64,000 bases of DNA, taken from contig NZ_JAYTLQ010000042.1 of assembly GCF_043729335.1 (NCBI RefSeq), positions 85,581 to 149,580 of the forward strand, read 5' to 3'. Shown piece after piece: positions 42,413-54,768 of this stretch. A program made the position numbers and the translations under genes. Origin of the DNA: Crenothrix sp. GTDB taxonomy: Bacteria; Pseudomonadota; Gammaproteobacteria; Methylococcales; Methylomonadaceae. Every line of letters begins with the position of its first letter. The stretch's first letter is position 1. A model generated the notes under the pieces. It did not search any database. It was not told the DNA's origin and saw only the letters and a list, made by a program, of their open reading frames with translations.

Positions 42413-43852
42413 CTATTTCAATTTTTCAATCAGCATTTTATTAACTTCAGCCGGATTAGCCTTACCCTGCATTTCCCGCATCACCTGCCCTACAAAGAAA
42501 CCAAATACCTTCTCTTTACCACTGCGGTATTGTTCAACCTGATCCATATTAGCAGCCATAATGCCATCAATAATAGCTTCTATCGCACCGCTATCACTGA
42601 TCTGTTTTAAGCCTTTAGCACTAATAACCTCATCAGCACTGACAGGATGCTGCCACATTTCTTCAAACACCTGCTTGGCGATTTTTCCGGAAATGGTATC
42701 GTCGCTGATACGCAGCAATAACCCCGCCAAACCTTGATAATCCACTGGCGAAGCAGAAATTTCAAGGCCCGCCTTATTCAGCGCCGCAGACAGTTCGCCG
42801 GTAATCCAGTTGGCACACAGCTTAGCATCACAACCGGATGTTGCAACCGTGGCTTCAAAATAATCCGCCAACGGGCGAGATGACGTTAATTGCGTGGCAT
42901 TGTCCTCATCCAAGCCATAGCTGTCTTTAAAGCGCTGCTTTTTGGCTACCGGCAATTCAGGCAACTGCGCCTTAATCTGCGCTTTAAACTCTTCGCTGAT
43001 GATGACCGGCAACAAATCGGGATCGGGAAAATACCGGTAATCATTGGCTTCTTCCTTACTGCGCATGGAACGAGTTTCATCTTTGACCGAATCGTACAAA
43101 CGGGTTTCCTGCACCACCCTGCCACCGCTTTCGATCAACTCGATTTGGCGCTCGACTTCATGGTTAATGGCTTTTTCGACAAACTTAAAGGAATTGATGT
43201 TTTTGATTTCGGCACGCGTACCAAATTCTGCCTGGCCTTTTGGGCGCACCGAGACATTGGCATCACAGCGGAATGAGCCTTCCTGCATATTGCCGTCACA
43301 TATCCCCAAGTAACGCACCAGCTCGTGCAGCTTGCGCATGTACGCCACCGCTTCTTTGGCCGAGCGCATATCCGGTTCGGAGACGATCTCCAGCAACGGC
43401 GTGCCAGCACGGTTTAAATCAATGCCACTCAAGCCCTGAAAGTTTTCATGCAGCGACTTGCCGGCATCTTCTTCTAAATGGGCGCGGGTAATACCGATGC
43501 GCTTGGTTTCGCCGTCGACCTCAATATCCAGATGACCTATGCCAACAATGGGCAAATCCATCTGGCTGATTTGATAGCCTTTCGGTAAATCAGGGTAAAA
43601 ATAATTTTTGCGGGCAAACACCGAATACGGGGCAATATGCGCCTCAATCGCCATGCCAAAGATAACCGCCATACGCACGGCTTCTTGATTTAATACGGGC
43701 AATACGCCTGGAAAACCCAAGTCAACCGCACAAGCTTGGGTATTGGGCGCTGCGCCATATGCTGTCGCTGCGCCCGAAAAAATCTTTGATTTTGTTGCTA
43801 ACTGAGTATGAATTTCCAGACCTATTACGACTTCCCAATTTTCCATATTCAT
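42413..43852 (-). CDS. gatB: Asp/Glu-tRNA amidotransferase subunit B
   Basis: [40 protein letters not shown]. Confidence 0.98.
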   Translation of the reverse strand: MNMENWEVVIGLEIHTQLATKSKIFSGAATAYGAAPNTQACAVDLGFPGVLPVLNQEAVRMAVIFGMAIEAHIAPYSVFARKNYFYPDLPKGYQISQMDLPIVGIGHLDIEVDGETKRIGITRAHLEEDAGKSLHENFQGLSGIDLNRAGTPLLEIVSEPDMRSAKEAVAYMRKLHELVRYLGICDGNMQEGSFRCDANVSVRPKGQAEFGTRAEIKNINSFKFVEKAINHEVERQIELIESGGRVVQETRLYDSVKDETRSMRSKEEANDYRYFPDPDLLPVIISEEFKAQIKAQLPELPVAKKQRFKDSYGLDEDNATQLTSSRPLADYFEATVATSGCDAKLCANWITGELSAALNKAGLEISASPVDYQGLAGLLLRISDDTISGKIAKQVFEEMWQHPVSADEVISAKGLKQISDSGAIEAIIDGIMAANMDQVEQYRSGKEKVFGFFVGQVMREMQGKANPAEVNKMLIEKLK

Positions 43853-43855
43853 CCC

Positions 43856-45307
43856 CTACTCGAAGCCTTTAGGTCTTTTTTGATGCCAATCAGTCACTTT
43901 TTGGTACTGATGGGCAATATTTAACAAACGCTGTTCGGCAAAATAATTACCGATGATGTGCAAGCCGACCGGCTTGTTTTGGGCAAAGCCCGCCGGAACT
44001 GACATCGCAGGCAAACCTGCCAAATTAATGGCAATGGTATAAATATCGGACAGGTACATTTCAATCGGGTTGTTGATTTTTTCGCCAATACCAAACGCCA
44101 CCGACGGCGCGACCGGCCCCATAATCACATCCACTTCTTGCAGGGCGCGTTTAAAGTCTTCGGCGATTAAGCGCCTTACTTTTTGGGCTTTTAAGTAATA
44201 AGCATCATAGTAACCGGCAGATAACGCATAAGTCCCCATCAGGATACGGCGCTTAACTTCCTTGCCGAATGCCTCGCCGCGTGAACGCACGTACAAATCG
44301 GTTAAATCGACCGGATCTTTGCAGCGATAGCCAAAGCGCACGCCGTCAAAACGCGACAAATTAGCGGAACATTCGGCGGAGGCAATCACGTAATAGGCAG
44401 GAATCGCCAAATTTAAGTTGGGAATGGAAATTTCCTTGATGGTTGCGCCGAGCTTTTGATATTCATTAATCGCCGCTTCAATGACCACAGCGACATCAGG
44501 GGCTAAGCCTTCCCCAAAAAACTCTTTTGGCAAACCGATGGTTAGGCCTTGCAAGCTATTATTAAGCCCTGCCAGATAATCCGGCACAGGGCTATCGACG
44601 CTGGTGGAGTCTTTTGGATCAAATCCTGCCATCGTTTGCAACACAACAGCGGCATCTTCCGCGCTGCGCGTCATCGGGCCGCCTTGGTCCAAACTGGAGG
44701 CATAGGCAATCATACCGTAACGGGATACGCGACCGTAAGTAGGTTTTAAACCGGTAATGCCGCAATGCGAAGCCGGTTGACGAATAGAACCGCCTGTATC
44801 GGTACCGGTGGCGCATACCGCCAATCCCGCCGCTACCGCCGCCGCTGAACCACCGGATGAACCGCCCGGTACAGCGTTCAGATCCCAAGGATTTTTGACC
44901 GCACCGTAATAGCTGTTCTCATTAGATGAACCCATCGCAAACTCATCCATATTGAGCTTGCCTAGCATGACCGCACCTGCCGCATTAAACTTGTCTATTA
45001 CCGTGGCGTTATAGGGTGCCAAAAAATTATCCAGCATTTTAGAGCCGCAACTGGTTTTAATGCCCTGTGTACAAAAAATATCTTTTTGCGCAATGGGAAT
45101 GCCAGTGAGTAGATTGCTGTCGCCCGATGCCAGTTTTAAATCGGCAGTTTTGGCCGTTTGCAAAGCCAGTTCTTCGGTGACGGTAATATAAGCATTCAGT
45201 GCTTGGTGCTGCTTAATTCTATTTAAGTAGGATTGCGTTAACTCAACGCTGGAAAACTCACCGGCACGCAAACCCTGCGCCAGTTCAATAATGGTTTTAC
45301 TGTGCAT
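43856..45307 (-). CDS. gatA: Asp/Glu-tRNA amidotransferase subunit A
   Basis: [21 protein letters not shown]; start moved to 45307. Confidence 0.98.
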   Translation of the reverse strand: MHSKTIIELAQGLRAGEFSSVELTQSYLNRIKQHQALNAYITVTEELALQTAKTADLKLASGDSNLLTGIPIAQKDIFCTQGIKTSCGSKMLDNFLAPYNATVIDKFNAAGAVMLGKLNMDEFAMGSSNENSYYGAVKNPWDLNAVPGGSSGGSAAAVAAGLAVCATGTDTGGSIRQPASHCGITGLKPTYGRVSRYGMIAYASSLDQGGPMTRSAEDAAVVLQTMAGFDPKDSTSVDSPVPDYLAGLNNSLQGLTIGLPKEFFGEGLAPDVAVVIEAAINEYQKLGATIKEISIPNLNLAIPAYYVIASAECSANLSRFDGVRFGYRCKDPVDLTDLYVRSRGEAFGKEVKRRILMGTYALSAGYYDAYYLKAQKVRRLIAEDFKRALQEVDVIMGPVAPSVAFGIGEKINNPIEMYLSDIYTIAINLAGLPAMSVPAGFAQNKPVGLHIIGNYFAEQRLLNIAHQYQKVTDWHQKRPKGFE

Positions 45308-45323
45308 ATATTTAGGGGACTTG

Positions 45324-45611
45324 TTACTCAATAACCTTAGGGACGAGATACAACCCAGCGTCAACTTGCGGGGCTATCGATTGAAATTGTTGGTGCTGAT
45401 CGTATTCGGTGACTTCATCTGTCCTTAAGCGCTGTCCCTGTTCCATAGGATGTGCCATAGGCTCTATACCGTCGGTGTTTAAGTCGCTCATTTGCTCCAT
45501 TAAACTTAACATGCCTGATAAATCTTGGGTGTAAGCTTCAATATCAAGCTCATCAATGCCTAGCCGCGCCAAATGCGCAATTTTCTTTACATCACTTGCC
45601 GTTAACGACAT
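45324..45611 (-). CDS. gatC: Asp/Glu-tRNA amidotransferase subunit C
   Basis: [23 protein letters not shown]. Confidence 0.97.
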   Translation of the reverse strand: MSLTASDVKKIAHLARLGIDELDIEAYTQDLSGMLSLMEQMSDLNTDGIEPMAHPMEQGQRLRTDEVTEYDQHQQFQSIAPQVDAGLYLVPKVIE

Positions 45612-46069
45612 TTTTTTTCCTATCAAGAAACAAAATTTATTGATCAATACAGGTTACTCATCATACAAAACTTAACCGTAGCGACTTATCTGATAAAGTG
45701 TATAAAAACTTCACCTTATTAGCGTGCTTATTGTCAGCTTTTTTGCCTTTTAAAAATTTCCTATCGATAACAATGTGCAATAAAAAACATAACTTGTTAA
45801 TATTCAACACAGTATAAAAAAGGCATGATTTTTGCTTTAATTTAGGATTATCGCTTTACCTAAGAAAGCACATTAAGACTCTGCTTTTACACTCATCTAA
45901 CTACTTATTGAAAGATAATAGTATTTTTTAACACCTACACCGTCTTTTAATAAAAGCACTTTACTTCCAGACAAAGTTTTTACACATATTTGAGCTATAT
46001 GATACTTTATATCTTGCTCAAATACCCGCTTGATTGATAAAGTAACCCTATTTTTCATACCTTAGCTAA

Positions 46070-47128
<1,059 letters not shown>

Positions 47129-47135
47129 AAAAAAG

Positions 47136-47259
47136 GGCTACTAACTTAAGACGGGGCAATTTAAAAAAAGCCGTTCGTGATATGAGCTTGTCGAACCATG
47201 AACAACAAACCCTTCGACAAGTTCAGGGCGAGCGAATGTCCCACCTTAATTTGGTAGTC
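47136..47259. mobile_element. MITE family 1, copy D (124 bp), between mreB and mreC
   Basis: TIRs GGCTACTAACTTAAGACGGGGCA / TGTCCCACCTTAATTTGGTAGTC; 8-bp direct repeat GAAAAAAG at 47128-47135 and 47260-47267; shorter version of the A/B interior. Confidence 0.9.
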
Positions 47260-47346
47260 GAAAAAAGTAACTGCACATTCAGATAGCGGCCGAAATGACT
47301 CAATCCGGCCGCTTGGCTTTGTTAACCAAATACGAGATCACCCGCT

Positions 47347-48273
47347 ATAAAACTTATATTTGCTACCGGCCCCTCCATCACCACCCGCCTAATTGTCGCC
47401 CTTATTGCGTCTATCGCTTTACTGGTAACTGAACAAAAAAGTCCACGCCTGGACGCATTGCGTTCAAGCTTGTCTGTTTTGGTTGACCCCATAAAATACC
47501 TGGTTGATACGCCTATTGTGGCATTGAACAATGCTAAAGAGTCAGTCAGTTCTTATTCAAGCTTGAAAGAAGAAAATAAAAAATTGCGTGAAGATCAGTT
47601 TATAACCAAATCCAAGCTGCTTAAGTTTGATGCGCTAGAAAAAGAAAACATTCATCTTAGGGCGCTACTGGAGAATTCTTTCAAACTCGGTGAGCAGGTG
47701 TTAATCGCTGAGTTGCTGTCCATTAAAATGGTGCCTTACGAACATATTGTCGTCGTCAACAAAGGCACGCGTTTTGGTGTGCATCCGCAGCAGCCCGTGC
47801 TCGATACCAACGGTGTAGTGGGACAGGTTTTTAGAGCGTTACCGTTTAGCTCAGAAATAATGCTGATTACTGATTTAAACCATGCTATCCCTGTACAAGT
47901 TAATCGTAATGGCTTGCTAACCATTGCGGTAGGCAGTGGCCAAATTAATCGGCTTAATCTGCCTTTCTTGCCCAATAATGCCGATATTCGTCCTGGCGAT
48001 CTGCTGATCACATCAGGGCTGGGCGGCATTTTTCCTCCAGGTTATCCGGTTGGCGTAGTGGATAACTTTACCCCAGACGCGACCAAGCCTTTTCCAACTA
48101 TTACCGCAACACCCAAAGCTATGCTGGATAGAAATAGAGAACTGATGATCGTGTGGAGCAAATCCAGTCCCGTACTCTTAAGCGCACCGCCAATGCCACC
48201 TACACCAAGCACATCAACATCAATGACACCAGCACCAGGCACACCAGCACCCGCAAAACCTAAAGATGAATAA
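47347..48273 (+). CDS. mreC: Rod shape-determining protein MreC, probable ATA start
   Basis: In-frame IKLIFATGPSITTRL lies upstream of the ORF-track start and matches the MreC N-terminus; GDLLITSGLGGIFPPGYPVG. Confidence 0.9.
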   Translation: MKLIFATGPSITTRLIVALIASIALLVTEQKSPRLDALRSSLSVLVDPIKYLVDTPIVALNNAKESVSSYSSLKEENKKLREDQFITKSKLLKFDALEKENIHLRALLENSFKLGEQVLIAELLSIKMVPYEHIVVVNKGTRFGVHPQQPVLDTNGVVGQVFRALPFSSEIMLITDLNHAIPVQVNRNGLLTIAVGSGQINRLNLPFLPNNADIRPGDLLITSGLGGIFPPGYPVGVVDNFTPDATKPFPTITATPKAMLDRNRELMIVWSKSSPVLLSAPPMPPTPSTSTSMTPAPGTPAPAKPKDE

Positions 48274-48748
48274 CTACTACAGGTTTGGCCGTATTATTAG
48301 CACCATCATTATGGCTATGATTTTGAGAATAGCACCCTGGCCAGATTTTATCGCTACTATCAATCCAGACTGGGTTTTACTGACACTAATCTACTGGACG
48401 CTTGCCATACCGGAACGTGTTGGCATTTTTCACGCATGGACATTTGGACTCTTAACCGATGTGTTAACCGGCAGATCATTTGGACAATATGCCCTAACCT
48501 ACTCGCTAGTCAGTTATGTGTGCATAAAATTACATAAACGGCTTCGTCCATTCCCTTTGATCCAACAAGAATTGTTCATTTTTCTATTTCTGCTTTTATC
48601 CCAGCTCTTGCTTTTTTGGATAAAAAACCTGCAAACGCCCGGGCAACTGAGCGCCAGCTTCTGGCTACCCGTAGTAAGCGGTACGCTGTGCTGGCCTATT
48701 GTGTACAAATCACTGCGTTTTATCCGACTGTTACGTAGCAACAAGTGA
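48266..48748 (+). CDS. mreD: Rod shape-determining protein MreD
   Basis: PDWVLLTLIYW, GLLTDVL. Confidence 0.95.
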   Translation: MNNYYRFGRIISTIIMAMILRIAPWPDFIATINPDWVLLTLIYWTLAIPERVGIFHAWTFGLLTDVLTGRSFGQYALTYSLVSYVCIKLHKRLRPFPLIQQELFIFLFLLLSQLLLFWIKNLQTPGQLSASFWLPVVSGTLCWPIVYKSLRFIRLLRSNK

Positions 48749-48758
48749 AAAATTAGCC

Positions 48759-50630
48759 ATGTCATCTCGTTCATACACCATGAGGGATAAGTTTCTGGAG
48801 GAACGTTTGTTTCTTAACCGGATAGTGAGCGCTTTTATTGCCATTACCGTGTTAACTTCCGGATTAATAGTGCGGCTGATCTATTTACAAATTGTCGGCC
48901 ACATTCACTATGCAACCCTGGCAAAAGAAAACAGTATTAAAATTACACCGTTAGTACCTACACGCGGCATGATTTATGATCGCCACGGGCGCGTTCTGGC
49001 TGAAAACACCCAAACGTTTAAACTGGAAATAACCACAGATAAAATGGGCGACGATCCAGAAGCTCTCAACGACACCTTACTGCGACTGCAAAAACTACTC
49101 AACATTCCCGACGAAAAAATTGCGCAGTTCCATAAGCTTAAAATCCGGCAAAAACGCTTTGCTCCCACAACATTGCTAACCAACATGACCAATGAAGACA
49201 TGGTGAAGTTTGCTGTGGTCAGGCCTTATTTTCCAGGCGTTGATATTAAAACCCATTTGGTCAGAAACTATCCTTTCAAGGATTTAACCGCCCATGTGGT
49301 TGGCTACGTAGGCCGCATTAACGAAAAAGACCTCAAATCCTTACCGGTGACAGAATACAGTGGCTCCACTTATATCGGTAAACTAGGTATTGAAAGCTCG
49401 TATGAAACCACCCTGCATGGCAAAACCGGTTATGCAGAAATGGAAACTAACGTGCAGGCACGCGAGCTTAAAACGCTAAATGAAGTCAATCCAATCGCGG
49501 GAGCAAATCTTTACCTTACCCTGGATATTGATTTACAAAAAACCGCTTACGATGCCTTAGACAAATTTAATGGCGCTGTCGTGGCCATAGACATTAAAAC
49601 GGGCGGCGTACTTGTCTTTGTGAGTAGGCCCGGCTTTGATCCCAACCCTTTTGTCTCCGGCATCGGGAGCGACGAATATAAGGCATTAACTTCATTAGAT
49701 GACCAACCGCTTTATAATCGGGCTTTACGTGGCTTGTATCCTCCAGGTTCTACGGTTAAACCGTTTATTGCTTTGGCCGGGCTTGAGTACAACGCCATTG
49801 GTAAACAACAACGCTTACATTGCCCAGGATTTTACCAATTACCCAATGATAAACATCGTTTCCGCGACTGGAAAAAATCCGGCCATGGCTCTGTGGGTAT
49901 GAACGAAGCGATTACGCAATCGTGCGATGTTTACTTTTACCGTCTGGCCAATCTGCTCGGTATTGAACGTATGCATAATTTTATGCAAAAAATGGGTTTT
50001 GGTGAAAAAACCGGCATTGATCTTATGGGTGAAAAAGCGGGCGTATTCCCTTCCAAAGAATGGAAGCTTAAAGAAAAAAAGCAACGCTGGTATCCTGGAG
50101 AAACCTTAATTACCGGCATTGGCCAAGGTTTTAACCTAGTAACGCCCTTACAGCTGGCCAGAGCGACCGCAACGCTGGCTAACAAAGGCCATGTCGTCAC
50201 GCCTTTTTTGGTCGATAAAATTGTATCCGCTAGCGCCACCACCAAAGGCCCGGAAATACATAAAGACGTGATTAATCTCAAGCCTGACAACATCAATAAT
50301 ATTATTTCAGCCATGGTTAACGTAGTACACAGCGCGCGCGGGACTGCAAAAGGCATCAGCCACGGCATCAACTATCATATTGCCGGAAAAACCGGTACTG
50401 CCCAGGTGTTTAATATTAAACAAGGTGCAAAATATAACGAAAGAAGCATAGGCTTTAAGCTGCATGACCATGCCTTGTTTATTTCATTTGCCCCAGCCGA
50501 TAATCCCCAAATTGCCGTTGCCGTTATTGCCGAACACGGTGGGCACGGCGGTTCAGTGGCGGCTCCCATCGCAGCCAAAGTTATCAAGCAATATTTAGGA
50601 GACAATGGTGAGAACCGAAACACGCCATGA
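48759..50630 (+). CDS. mrdA: Penicillin-binding protein 2
   Basis: RGMIYDRHG, PPGSTVK (SxxK), SCD, KTGTAQ. Confidence 0.96.
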   Translation: MSSRSYTMRDKFLEERLFLNRIVSAFIAITVLTSGLIVRLIYLQIVGHIHYATLAKENSIKITPLVPTRGMIYDRHGRVLAENTQTFKLEITTDKMGDDPEALNDTLLRLQKLLNIPDEKIAQFHKLKIRQKRFAPTTLLTNMTNEDMVKFAVVRPYFPGVDIKTHLVRNYPFKDLTAHVVGYVGRINEKDLKSLPVTEYSGSTYIGKLGIESSYETTLHGKTGYAEMETNVQARELKTLNEVNPIAGANLYLTLDIDLQKTAYDALDKFNGAVVAIDIKTGGVLVFVSRPGFDPNPFVSGIGSDEYKALTSLDDQPLYNRALRGLYPPGSTVKPFIALAGLEYNAIGKQQRLHCPGFYQLPNDKHRFRDWKKSGHGSVGMNEAITQSCDVYFYRLANLLGIERMHNFMQKMGFGEKTGIDLMGEKAGVFPSKEWKLKEKKQRWYPGETLITGIGQGFNLVTPLQLARATATLANKGHVVTPFLVDKIVSASATTKGPEIHKDVINLKPDNINNIISAMVNVVHSARGTAKGISHGINYHIAGKTGTAQVFNIKQGAKYNERSIGFKLHDHALFISFAPADNPQIAVAVIAEHGGHGGSVAAPIAAKVIKQYLGDNGENRNTP

Positions 50631-51738
50631 GCATTTTCGACAACCTTCGCTCATGGGCAATATCCTTAGAAGGCTGCATATCGACATCCCCTTATTTATC
50701 GCTCTGGTACTTACTTCGTTATTAAGTCTTTTCATCCTTTATAGCGCAGGTGGGCAGGATATGGGGGTATTATCCCGCCAAGCCACGCGTATGCTGATGG
50801 CTTTTAGCCTGATGATATTATTGGCACAAATTAATCCCAATCAATTTAAACGTTTTTCCGCTGGATTATTTGGTTTAGGTATTTTTTTACTGCTCGCCGT
50901 ATTAATTATGGGTACCATTGGCAAAGGCGCACAACGCTGGCTGGATTTAGGCTTTTTCCGCTTTCAACCCTCAGAAATCATTAAAATCACCACGCCCATG
51001 ATGATAGCCTGGTATCTGTCAGAACACCCTTTACCGCCTAAATCCAAGCATTTATTTACGGCTGTCCTGTTGATTATGATACCCACCTTATTAATCGCAA
51101 AACAGCCGGATTTGGGCACCGCCATATTAGTGGCCAGCGCTGGCGCGGGGGTATTATTTTTTGCGGGTTTATCCTGGCGGTTTATATTAAGCATTATTGG
51201 CGTACTGGCAGCTTTGGCACCTATTATTTGGCATTTTATGATTCCGTATCAGAAAGCACGGGTCATTACCTTGCTAAATCCGGAAGCTGATCCTTTAGGT
51301 AAGGGTTATCATATTATTCAGTCAAAAATCGCCATTGGCTCCGGTGGCATTTATGGCAAAGGTTGGACGGGCAGCACTCAATCCGAGCTCAATTTTTTAC
51401 CTGAAAGCCATACCGACTTCATTTTTGCCGTGTTTGCTGAAGAATTCGGGCTTTTTGGCTGCTTAGGCTTATTGTCACTGTATTTGTTTATTATCGGACG
51501 CTGCCTGTATATTTCAGTGCAGGCACAAGATGTTTACTGCCGACTGTTAGCCAGTAGCTTGGCCTTTACTTTTTTTGTCTACGTTTTTGTTAATATTGGC
51601 ATGGTTATCGGCATACTGCCTGTAGTGGGTGTTCCTTTGCCTTTAATCAGTTACGGCGGCACGTCAGCCGTTACCTTGCAATGTGGTTTTGGCATTTTGA
51701 TGTCTATACACACCCATAGAAAACTTCTACCTCGTTAA
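50605..51738 (+). CDS. mrdB: Rod shape-determining protein RodA
   Basis: GAQRWL, QPSE, PESHTDFIF, PLISYGG. Confidence 0.96.
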   Translation: MVRTETRHEHFRQPSLMGNILRRLHIDIPLFIALVLTSLLSLFILYSAGGQDMGVLSRQATRMLMAFSLMILLAQINPNQFKRFSAGLFGLGIFLLLAVLIMGTIGKGAQRWLDLGFFRFQPSEIIKITTPMMIAWYLSEHPLPPKSKHLFTAVLLIMIPTLLIAKQPDLGTAILVASAGAGVLFFAGLSWRFILSIIGVLAALAPIIWHFMIPYQKARVITLLNPEADPLGKGYHIIQSKIAIGSGGIYGKGWTGSTQSELNFLPESHTDFIFAVFAEEFGLFGCLGLLSLYLFIIGRCLYISVQAQDVYCRLLASSLAFTFFVYVFVNIGMVIGILPVVGVPLPLISYGGTSAVTLQCGFGILMSIHTHRKLLPR

Positions 51739-51739
51739 A

Positions 51740-52732
51740 ATGAAACTATCAAAATTTGTTTTTCGTAGCGCCTTGTGTTGCACCTATTTTATGCTGGCAT
51801 CTTGTGCCAACTCGCCTAAACAACCTGATGCCATGACTAACTTTATTGAGCGCATGGCGACAAGTCATCAATTCAATAAAGCGGAACTGGAGGCATTGTT
51901 TCAAAATGTTGAGATAAAGCAGGAGATCATCAAGAAAATATCATCACCTGCCGAAGGCATGCCCTGGTATAAATACCGAAAAATATTTATGACCGATGCC
52001 CGCATTAATGCAGGCGTAAAATTCTGGCAGGACAACGCACAGGCCTTAGCAAAAGCAGAACAGCAATACGGTGTACCGGCACAAATTATCATTGCTATTT
52101 TAGGTGTTGAAACGCTTTATGGCCAAAAAACCGGCAACTACCGCGTGATTGATGCGTTATCTACACTCAGCTTTGCCTACCCGCCGCGTAGTCAATTTTT
52201 TGTGGGTGAATTAGAAAAATTTTTAGTGCTGTGCAAAAAAGACAATATTAGCCCATTAAATCCAACGGGTTCTTACGCGGGCGCTATGGGAATGCCGCAG
52301 TTCATGCCCAGCAGCTTTTTATCTTATGCCATTGATTTTAATAACGATAAACATGCAGACATTTGGCACACGCCAGAAGACGCTATCGCCAGTATTGCCA
52401 ATTATTTGGCCAAACATCACTGGCAAGCCAATCAACCTATTGCTATACCGATAACAGCCAAAGATGAGCAATATAAAGCCAAACTTACCAAAGGCCTTAA
52501 GCCCGACTTAAGAATAGCTGAGTTAGAATCGGTCAACTTGACTCCATTGAGACCATTACCTTTAGACACCGAAGTAAAGCTACTTAGCTTTGAACAGCCA
52601 CAGGGCAACGAGTTGTGGGCGGGATTGAACAATTTTTATGTCATTACCCGATATAACCACAGCCCCTTATACGCCATGGCGGTTTTTCAGTTAAGTGAAT
52701 CTATCTTAAATAAAAAAGGTTCTTTCCCGTGA
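51740..52732 (+). CDS. mltB: Lytic murein transglycosylase B
   Basis: GVETLYG, GSYAGAMGMPQFMPSS, ITRYNHS. Confidence 0.95.
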   Translation: MKLSKFVFRSALCCTYFMLASCANSPKQPDAMTNFIERMATSHQFNKAELEALFQNVEIKQEIIKKISSPAEGMPWYKYRKIFMTDARINAGVKFWQDNAQALAKAEQQYGVPAQIIIAILGVETLYGQKTGNYRVIDALSTLSFAYPPRSQFFVGELEKFLVLCKKDNISPLNPTGSYAGAMGMPQFMPSSFLSYAIDFNNDKHADIWHTPEDAIASIANYLAKHHWQANQPIAIPITAKDEQYKAKLTKGLKPDLRIAELESVNLTPLRPLPLDTEVKLLSFEQPQGNELWAGLNNFYVITRYNHSPLYAMAVFQLSESILNKKGSFP

Positions 52733-53490
52733 ACAAATTAAAAGCCGTTGTTACCAGTGTTCTGTTATGTTTTATTTTCACCCACAGCCTAACCGCTCAA
52801 GCCTCTCGAAAAGATTACCATAGTACGCTAATTCCCCCCGCCTCTTCAGGCAATGTTCAATCCACCGGCTCTTCTGACCAAGACGGTTTCTTCCCCCGCT
52901 TCACTGGATACATCAAAAAAGGCGTAGCTTCCTGGTACGGCCCTGGATTTCAGGGTAAAAAAACCGCCACCGGCGAACGCTTTAATATGTACGCCATGAC
53001 CGCCGCGCACAAAACTTTGCCTTTATCGTCTTACGCCGAAATTACCAACCCTGCCAATCACCGTAGCGTCATTGTCCGCATCAACGACAGAGGCCCTTTT
53101 CACGGCAACAGAATTTTAGATTTGTCTTATGCCGCTGCCAAAAAACTCGGCATTCACAGTAAAGGTGCCGGCTCTGTGGTAATTAAAGCCATAGGAAACC
53201 CACGTCATATTGCACAGAACGAACAACCCGACCCAACGCCTGAACAAAGTATTTATGTAAAAGTAGGCAGCTTCCCTAGCCAAAAATCAGCACAAGCTAT
53301 GCAAAGTACAATTTCAGCGCAACATTTGCCCAAACCTAGCATCAAGCAAGCAAGTTATAAAAAATCCACGTTTTATACTGTACAAATCGGTCCTTTAAAA
53401 TCAGAACAACACGCTGACCAACTGACTAACAAGCTGTTAAAAATAGGCATCAAAAATACACAATTTATGGCTTACGCCAAACAAATGTAA
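52729..53490 (+). CDS. rlpA: Septal ring lytic transglycosylase RlpA
   Basis: ASWYG, TAAHKTLP, RINDRGPF; C-terminal SPOR domain. Confidence 0.95.
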   Translation: MNKLKAVVTSVLLCFIFTHSLTAQASRKDYHSTLIPPASSGNVQSTGSSDQDGFFPRFTGYIKKGVASWYGPGFQGKKTATGERFNMYAMTAAHKTLPLSSYAEITNPANHRSVIVRINDRGPFHGNRILDLSYAAAKKLGIHSKGAGSVVIKAIGNPRHIAQNEQPDPTPEQSIYVKVGSFPSQKSAQAMQSTISAQHLPKPSIKQASYKKSTFYTVQIGPLKSEQHADQLTNKLLKIGIKNTQFMAYAKQM

Positions 53491-53544
53491 AAGCTCATGC
53501 TACAATATAGGGAATGTTTTACTTGAACTTTCCCTATAAAATTA

Positions 53545-54768
53545 ATGATACTTGCTAAAAAATTTACCCGTATTTACCCTGTTTTATGCATTAGCTTACT
53601 GAGCTTTTCCATTCAGGCACTTTCGGAAGATACAAAACCCCTACCTATTGCCTCACCCCCTGCTGTAGTAGAAGATGCCAAGGTGATGACGCCTTCGTCA
53701 CCTACCATAGCGGCCACCAGCCATATCTTGTTGGACTTTCACACCGGCAAGGTGATGGCAGAAAATAATGCCGATGCTAAACTGGCTCCGGCTAGCCTGA
53801 CCAAGATTATGACCACCTACGTGGTGTTTAAAGAAATCGAAAGTGGCCGCCTGCATTTAGATGATGTCGCTACCGTTAGTGAAAAAGCCTGGAAAACCAG
53901 CGGTTCCAAAATGTTTGTTCAGGTTAACGACCGTGTCAAAGTGGAGGATTTGCTGCAAGGTGTGATTATTCAATCCGGTAACGATGCCAGTGTTACACTC
54001 GCAGAACACGTAGCGGGTGACGAAGCGACCTTTGCCCAGATGATGAACCAAAATGCCGAACGTCTGGGGATGATCAACACCCATTTTGAAAACAGCGACG
54101 GTTTACCAACTGAAAATCATTACACCACGGCACGTGATCTCAGCATTCTGACTCGCGCTCTGATTAAAGAATTTCCGCAATATTACAAATGGTTTTCTCA
54201 AAAAGAGTTTACCTACAACAAAATTACCCAACAAAACCGAAATTTATTGCTGTCGCGTGACGGTACAGTGGATGGCGTTAAAACGGGCCATACCGAAGAA
54301 GCGGGCTATTGCCTGGTTGCCTCTGCACTCAGGGATGACATGCGCCTTATTTCCATCGTTATGGGTACCAAAAGTCAAATGGCCAGAGCGGTCGAAAATC
54401 AAACACTACTGAATTACGGCTTCCGCTTCTTCGAATCACATCGTTTATACGAAGGCAAAAAAGCCTTAAACGAAGCCAGAATATGGAAAGGCCAAGAAAA
54501 AACCTTACCCTTGGGGTTAGCGGAAGATTTATATGTCACCGTGCCACGCCGCCATTACCAAGACTTAAAAGCCGCCGTGAATGTTGACAAAAAAATTCTT
54601 GCTCCCGTTAAAGCCGGCGACAAATTTGGTTCTGTCAATGTGACTTTAAAAGGCGAAGTCATTGCCAACAAGGATTTAATCGCACTGAAAGCCGTGGAAA
54701 AAGGCAGCATTTTTAGACGACTTACTGACAGCATGTTACAAATGATGGACAAATCAGATGACAAATAA
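53545..54768 (+). CDS. D-alanyl-D-alanine carboxypeptidase (PBP5/6 type)
   Basis: PASLTK, SGN, KTG motifs. Confidence 0.95.
   Translation: MILAKKFTRIYPVLCISLLSFSIQALSEDTKPLPIASPPAVVEDAKVMTPSSPTIAATSHILLDFHTGKVMAENNADAKLAPASLTKIMTTYVVFKEIESGRLHLDDVATVSEKAWKTSGSKMFVQVNDRVKVEDLLQGVIIQSGNDASVTLAEHVAGDEATFAQMMNQNAERLGMINTHFENSDGLPTENHYTTARDLSILTRALIKEFPQYYKWFSQKEFTYNKITQQNRNLLLSRDGTVDGVKTGHTEEAGYCLVASALRDDMRLISIVMGTKSQMARAVENQTLLNYGFRFFESHRLYEGKKALNEARIWKGQEKTLPLGLAEDLYVTVPRRHYQDLKAAVNVDKKILAPVKAGDKFGSVNVTLKGEVIANKDLIALKAVEKGSIFRRLTDSMLQMMDKSDDK

Noticed and set aside
48180-48270. Pro/Thr-rich repeats at the mreC 3' end
   Set aside because: Low-complexity tails are common in MreC.
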